Shown here piece by piece: positions 59,501-64,000 of a stretch of 64,000 nucleotides of DNA; the stretch's first letter is position 1, and the number at the start of each line of letters is the position of its first letter. The notes under the pieces are model-generated. The model was not told the origin of the DNA. It searched no databases and saw nothing but the letters and a program-made list of their open reading frames with translations. The position numbers and the translations under genes were made by a program. This DNA is from Heterodontus francisci (taxonomy: Eukaryota): contig NC_090407.1 in the NCBI RefSeq assembly GCF_036365525.1, positions 22,410,084-22,474,083 on the forward strand, written 5' to 3'.

Positions 59501-61372
59501 TTCCGGGGATGAGGAACGTCAGTGATGTGGATAGGTTGGAGAAGCTGGGACTGTTCTCCTTGGAGAAGAGAAGTTTAACAGTAGATTTGATAGAGATTTT
59601 TCATAATCACAAGGGGTCTGGACAGAATAGACGGGGAGAGGCTATTCCCGTTGGTGGAGGGGTCAAGAGCTGGAGGACACCGATTTGGGGTGATTGGCAA
59701 AAGAAGCAACGGCGACATGTGGAAAAACTTTTTTATGCAGCGTGTGGTGAAGATCTGGAGTGCTCTGCGTGGGAGTGTAATGGAGGCAAATTCAGTTGGG
59801 ACGTTCAGAGGAGAATTGGTTAAGTATCTGAAGTGAAAAAATTTGCAGTGCTACAGAGAAAGGGCAGGGGAGTGGGAGTAGGTAAGTTCTTGCAGAAAGC
59901 CGTGCAGACATGATGGGCCGAATGGTCTCCTGTGCTGTAACCTTTGTATGATTCTATTCTATCTCATTAAGGTGACTAACTTCCAGTATTCCCTCTCACT
60001 AGGAGTGAGTGTTGCAACGTGCATGGCTATTCTCCACGTGGGTAGCAGCCTGCAAGTACGTTCTGGGTCCACCAGTAAAGAAGAAGACTATGAGAATGAC
60101 GCAGCCACAATTGTACAGAAATGTGTAAGTGCTGAATGAGTGTGCTCGTTCTAATGTACAGCATTTAAATTTTTAAAAAATGATCAGATGGACAAAGATT
60201 TAATTTATTTTTGCTTTGTTGGTTTCAGTGTTGCTCAGACAAAAATGAGTGTGATTCTGTCCTAGGCAGGGTGCAGATAGTTCACAGTAAGAGTGATTAC
60301 ATAAAGCTAGTGTCCAAGTAGGGAATGTGTAGCGTAGAATCCTTGTGTAAGGCATGTGATAACATTGTGTGCATTTGAGTACATTGTTATTGAATAACCT
60401 CTTGGTTTCCAGAAGATTCTGTGACTCTTTTCAAAACTTAACACGCTTGTTCTGTACAACTGCCAGGTGAGGGCAGTTCCTTTATCTGTTTCGTGTGCAA
60501 CATTCTATGACTTCTGTCCACTAGGAGCTACACTGAGACTGCTGCAAGTAATTTCACATAGAGCTGTTACTGCTAGTTAGATCTGAGCAGGTCTAGGAAA
60601 TGAAAGAGCAATGCACTGATGACACCTTCTGGTCTCTCTCAGCAGTTTATTTCTTAACTCTGATATCTTTGGGGTTTTGTTAAATTTGGTCTGGTTTGGT
60701 TGACTGCGGCACAGTGGCGCAGTGGTTAGCACTGCAGCCTCACAGCTCCAGGGACCCGGGTTCGATTCTGGGTACTGCCTGTGCGGAGTTTGCAAGTTCT
60801 CCCTGTGTCTGCGTGGGTTTCCTCCGGGTGCTCCGGTTTCCTCCCACATGCCAAAGACTTGCAGGTTGGTAGGTTAATTGGCCATTATAAATTGCCCCTA
60901 GTACAGGTAGGTGGTAGGGAAATATATAGGGACCGGTGGGGATGATATTGGAATATGGGATTCGTGTAAGATTAGTATAAATGGGTGGTTGATGGTCGGC
61001 ACAGACTCGGTGGGCCGAAGGGCCTGTTTCAGTGCTGTATCTCTAAACTAAACTAAACTAATTGAAAGTAACGTATTTTTACTGAATTATTTCATATAAG
61101 GGCACAGATGGTCGTCACTCAGCCCATCAACCTGTGTTGGTTTGAGCCTTAAACTGGAGCTATCTACTGTAATACCATTTCACTGTCCCTTCTCCGTATC
61201 CTAAGATGGAATCGCTGTGGGGGTATGAGGTGTTGATGTACTTGGGTTTAAGGCAATTCTGTGTGCTGTGTCTGAGAACATCACTAAATTAATATACTTT
61301 CGTCATTTACAGCTGGAAATCTATGACATGATTGGCCAAGCAATTAACAGCTCACGACGTGCAGGTGGCGAG
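38159..61372 (+). CDS. UBR4: UBR4 (p600, N-recognin E3 ligase), 5' part: exons 1-10; continues beyond the window
   Basis: join(38159-38292,46243-46340,46906-47009,48760-48889,49004-49140,50557-50659,52944-53085,53370-53494,60003-60124,61313-61372). GT-AG introns, consistent phases; peptides such as AVRPLLAASYS, HHDKQYEPFYSSFVALS and IKGLCTGCSRLDRTEIITFTAMMKSAKLP match UBR4. Confidence 0.95.
39041..40325 (-). mobile_element. CR1 LINE 3' part (RT), further subfamily
   Basis: ORFs 39612-40358 and 39402-39605: QHGFVKGKSCLTNLLEFF, KFADD, HLEYCVQYWSP. Confidence 0.88.
40794..41150 (+). mobile_element. HE1-like V-SINE
   Basis: A/B boxes, V-core, tail ending (ATGACTCT)n-like. Confidence 0.85.
41570..42010 (+). 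mobile_element. CR1 LINE 3' end
   Basis: MRGDLIEVYNMIKGIDKVDVERMFPLVG; tail GTTCTTATGTTCTTAT. Confidence 0.85.
42950..43370 (+). mobile_element. SacSINE1-like DeuSINE, near full length
   Basis: GGCTCAGTGGGCAGCACT head, CAGTACTGAGGGAGTG core, TGTGGGAGTTTGCTGTGCACAAATTGG. Confidence 0.7.
44035..45285 (-). mobile_element. CR1 LINE 3' part (same subfamily as 39041-40325)
   Basis: ORFs 44499-44999 and 44947-45186 with DFQKAFDKVPH and KFADD. Confidence 0.88.
45290..46005 (+). mobile_element. Highly degraded copy of the second LINE family
   Basis: CAAGAAGCTCGACACCATC and 3' GGCAATTAGGGATAGACAATAAATG. Confidence 0.6.
46243..46340 (+). CDS. UBR4: UBR4 exon 2
   Basis: EKQILHHDKQYEPFYSSFVALSAHYISTVCAQ. 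Confidence 0.93.
46906..47009 (+). CDS. UBR4: UBR4 exon 3
   Basis: PRNQLLSVAAACKVLIEFSLMRLENPDEACAVSQ. Confidence 0.94.
47245..48145 (-). mobile_element. Solo LTR (901 bp) inserted in a DeuSINE
   Basis: Perfect 4-bp TSD ATAC (47241-47244, 48146-48149); termini TATTAC...ATGACA; TTTATT near 47421; host SINE continues across it (47170-47244 and 48150-48440). Confidence 0.72.
48760..48889 (+). CDS. UBR4: UBR4 exon 4
   Basis: KHLILLIKGLCTGCSRLDRTEIITFTAMMKSAKLPMTIKTLSD. Confidence 0.95.
49004..49140 (+). CDS. UBR4: UBR4 exon 5
   Basis: EDQKDSAPMTPELRQKEVQMNFLSQLTSVFNPDVSASSAPPPVVQ. Confidence 0.92.
49192..49396. mobile_element. Possible hAT-type MITE remnants
   Basis: CAATGTTCCCTCT at 49192 is an inverted match to GAGGGAACGTTG ending 49396; a second similar end pair lies inside. 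Confidence 0.35.
50557..50659 (+). CDS. UBR4: UBR4 exon 6
   Basis: VDGENDEQTGTDQATVAKMKSAFISQNVSSLQAL. Confidence 0.92.
52944..53085 (+). CDS. UBR4: UBR4 exon 7
   Basis: GSEKLLRVCLNLPYFLRYINRFQDAVSANSFFIMPATVADATAVRN. Confidence 0.95.
53370..53494 (+). CDS. UBR4: UBR4 exon 8
   Basis: FHSLVIDVTMALDTLSLPVLEPLTPTRLQDVTVLALSCLYA. Confidence 0.95.
53800..54710 (-). mobile_element. CR1 LINE 3' part
   Basis: ORFs 53798-54163 and 54258-54566 (KCEVIHF, LEYCAQ, RGDLIEV). Confidence 0.85.
57005..58290 (-). mobile_element. CR1 LINE 3' part, nested; contains a 57-bp SINE-tail insertion at about 57597-57653
   Basis: ORFs 57291-57581 and 57606-58061 with KFADDTK. Confidence 0.87.
58495..59255 (+). mobile_element. 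Second LINE family 3' fragment, nested, ending in an A-run
   Basis: VRSVMEYSPLA, SKSWNSLPNS, ATGAATGAATT(A)n. Confidence 0.85.
60003..60124 (+). CDS. UBR4: UBR4 exon 9
   Basis: VSVATCMAILHVGSSLQVRSGSTSKEEDYENDAATIVQKC. Confidence 0.94.
60706..61061 (+). mobile_element. HE1-like V-SINE
   Basis: A/B boxes, V-core, LINE tail, (TAAAC)n end. Confidence 0.88.
61313..61372 (+). CDS. UBR4: UBR4 exon 10
   Basis: LEIYDMIGQAINSSRRAGGE; ag/gtaagg. Confidence 0.93.
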
Positions 61373-61689
61373 GTAAGGAGTCGGTGCCGTATTTAACTGA
61401 ACAAGGGGAAAGATGTTGTGTTCCTGAAAACCTTACTGTAGAGAGGTTGGAGGTTGCGTTGTAGGTCAGGAATAGCAAAAGGTGGCCATTTGTTCTGTCT
61501 GGATAAATGGTTTTTGATAATTGCTGCTGTAAGACCTGAACTGCCAGCTGATTGTTATGTCTCCTGAGTTTATATTACATATTTATGTTAGTTGCATAGG
61601 GTGACTCTGTCAGATGCACATCTGACTTCATAGGTCCCGATGCAGTGTGGTCTTGAAGGCTCTTTTTAGAAGATTTTCTTTTTAGTAAT

Positions 61690-63110
61690 GCTGGCAAGAC
61701 CCATCCTTGTCCTCAGAAGGTTTGGTGAGCTCTGTGGTAATGGTACTCTCATGACACTGTTAGATACTCATTAAGTAACATTGAAGGAAAATATGTCCAA
61801 GTAAGGATGATGTGTGACTTGGAGGTGATGGTGTTCTGATCATTGCTGCTTTGGTCTTTCTCAGTGGTAGAAGTCAGAGGAGGTAGGTGTTACTGAAGTA
61901 ACCTGGTAACTTGTTGCAGTTGAATCTTACAGGTTGAGCTCATTGCAACCACAGCAGTGGCGGGGGTAGGTAATGCACCCAGTGTTAGGGACATCAATCA
62001 AGTGAATTTTGCTTTGTCCTGAAAAGTGTTGAGCTACTTGAGTGTTGTGCAAATATCCATCCAGGCAAGTTGAGTGTTCCATCACACTCCAGAATTGATC
62101 CTTGTGAATTGTGGAGAGGCTTTGATGGATTAGGAGGTGAGCCACCTATCACAGTGTACCAGCCTCTGCGCTCCTCGTAGCCATGGTATTGATATGGTTG
62201 ATCCCAAGATGTTGATGGTTTGGGACTCAGCGACGATAGCCATGGGATAGTGTTTGGGCTTTTTCTTATCTGAGATGGTAATTGCATGACTTTCGCTGGA
62301 TGATATGATTAAATACCATATTTTACGTGACACGAATGTTACCTGCTGCTTCTCAGCACAAGCCTGAATGTTATCCACACCCTGCTGTAGGCTGGCATTA
62401 GCTGCTTCATTATTGGAGGAATTGTGTAACGTAGCTGAGCTTTGTGCTCTCTTAACCATATGATTGGCGGGGACGATGGGAAGAGAAGGTCATTGATGAA
62501 GCTGGTGAAGATGGTTGGGCTGAGGATATTTTCTTGTGCAACTTCTGCAGTAATGTCCTCGGGCTGTGATGATTGGCCTCCAATAACCACAGCCATCTTG
62601 CTTTGCGTTAGGTATGACGCAAGCCACTGGAGGGGTCTTCCCTTTGACTTCCAAAGACTTAGTTTTGCCCGGGCTGCTTGCTGCCTTGATATCAAACAGT
62701 TACTCACTTCTCCCCTGGCATTCAGCTGTTATGTCCATGTCTGGATAAAAGTTGCAATGAGGTCTGGAGGTGAATGGTTCTTGCAAAATCCAAATTGACC
62801 ATTAGGTTACTTGTTGAGTAGGTTGTTGCTTGATGGCACTACTGATGACTCTATCACTACTAATGATTGAGAAGGGGCTAATAGGGCAGAAATGGTTGGG
62901 TTAGATTTTTCTTGGCTTTCTGTGGAATTGGCATGCTGCACAACTTTTCACATTGTTGGGTAGATGCCAGTGTCATTATTGTATTCGAACAGCTTGGCTA
63001 TGGGAGCTAGCTGCTAGTTCTGCTGCATAGGCCTTCAGCACAACAGCTTGAACATTGGCAGGACCTAAAGCCTTTGCTGTGTCCAGTGCTGTCAGCCATT
63101 TCGCTGTTAT
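61690..63110 (-). mobile_element. Degraded second-family LINE
   Basis: LQWLASYLTQSKMAVVIGGQSS, LQQGVDNIQACA on the minus strand. Confidence 0.7.
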
Positions 63111-63114
63111 GTGA

Positions 63115-64000
63115 AGTTTGCACAATGTTCAGCACCATTCGCGACTCCTCAGATACTGAAGCAGTCTGTGTAGAAATGCAGCAAGACCTGGACAATATCC
63201 AGGCTTGGGCTGATGTGTGGCGCGAATGTTACTTGCCACTTAAGTGCCAGGCAATGACCATCTCCAATAAGAGAGAATCTAACCATCTCCCCATGACATT
63301 CAACGGCATTACCATCGCTGAATCCCCCACTATCAACATCCTAGGGGCTACCATTGACTGAAAACTGAACTGGAGTAGCCATATAAATACCGTGGCTATA
63401 AGAGCAGGTCAGAGGCTAGGAATCCTGAGGCGAGTAACTCACCTCCTGACTCCCCAAAGCCTGTCCACAATCTACAAGGCACAAGTCAGGAGTGTGTTGG
63501 AATACTCTCCACTTGCCTGGATGGGTGCAGCTCCAACAACACTCAAGAAGCTCGACACTATCCAGGACAAAGCAGCCCGCTTGATTGGCACCCCATCTAC
63601 AAACATACACTCCCTCCACCACCGACGCACAGTGGCAGCAGTGTGTACCATCTACAAGATGCACTTCAGCAATGCACCAAGGCTCCTTCGACAGCACCTT
63701 CCAAACCCGCGACCTCTACCAACTAGAAGGACAAGGGCAGCAAATACATGGGAACACCACCATCTGCAAGTTCCCATCCAAGTCACACACCATCCTGACT
63801 TGGAACTATATCGCCGTTCCTTCACTGTCGCTGGGTCAAAATCCTGGAACTCCCTTCATAACAGCACTGTGGGTGTACCTACCCCACATGGACTGCAGCG
63901 GTTCAAGAAGGCAGCTCACCACCACCTTCTCAAGGGCAATTAGGGATGGGCAATAAATGCTGGCCTGGCCAGTGACGCCCACATCCCGTGAATGAATTAA
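63115..64000 (+). mobile_element. Younger second-family LINE 3' fragment
   Basis: ORF 63392-63943 (VRSVLEYSPLAWMGAAPTTLKKLDTIQ...); 3' end GCAATAAATGCTGGCC...GAATGAATTAA. Confidence 0.87.

Larger units (their letters stand above)
55225..59962 (+). mobile_element. Long decayed CR1 (ORF1 end + ORF2) split by two nested LINEs; host parts 55225-57000, 58295-58495, 59256-59962
   Basis: ORF1 SGNH-esterase-like DGLHLN, APE start (CMSVNPQSV, YRPP, GDFNYP), RT resumes after each insertion, CR1 tail at 59915-59962. Confidence 0.75.

Noticed and set aside
60413-60466. ag/gt-bounded 54-nt segment in UBR4 intron 9
   Set aside because: In-frame TGA at codon 4; exons 9 and 10 already join to give the expected protein; no other support

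Overview
Eukaryotic (vertebrate) genomic DNA, almost certainly from a shark or other chondrichthyan, judged by HE1-type V-SINEs, HER1/CR1 LINEs and SacSINE1-like DeuSINEs. It carries the conserved MRTO4-EMC1-UBR4 block. MRTO4 exon 1 (minus strand) lies head-to-head with a complete EMC1 gene (22 constitutive coding exons, 574-34015, about 961 aa). UBR4 exons 1-10 follow on the same strand (38159-61372; the gene runs off the window). Introns are packed with retroelements, often nested: CR1 LINEs (two young copies, one with a long open ORF2), a second LINE family, a Penelope-like element, two solo LTRs and several SINEs. Best second-look items: a 9-nt SRRM3/4-type microexon in EMC1 sandwiched between two young direct-repeat LINEs; a 94-bp TSD-flanked mini-element carrying a Penelope-type minimal hammerhead ribozyme; and two solo LTRs that both end TG...TA rather than TG...CA. 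I see no convincing wholly new biological system. Most ORFs in the supplied track are TE fragments or spurious. Gene identities rest on my recall of the vertebrate orthologues, not on a database search, and TE boundaries are approximate unless a TSD is given.
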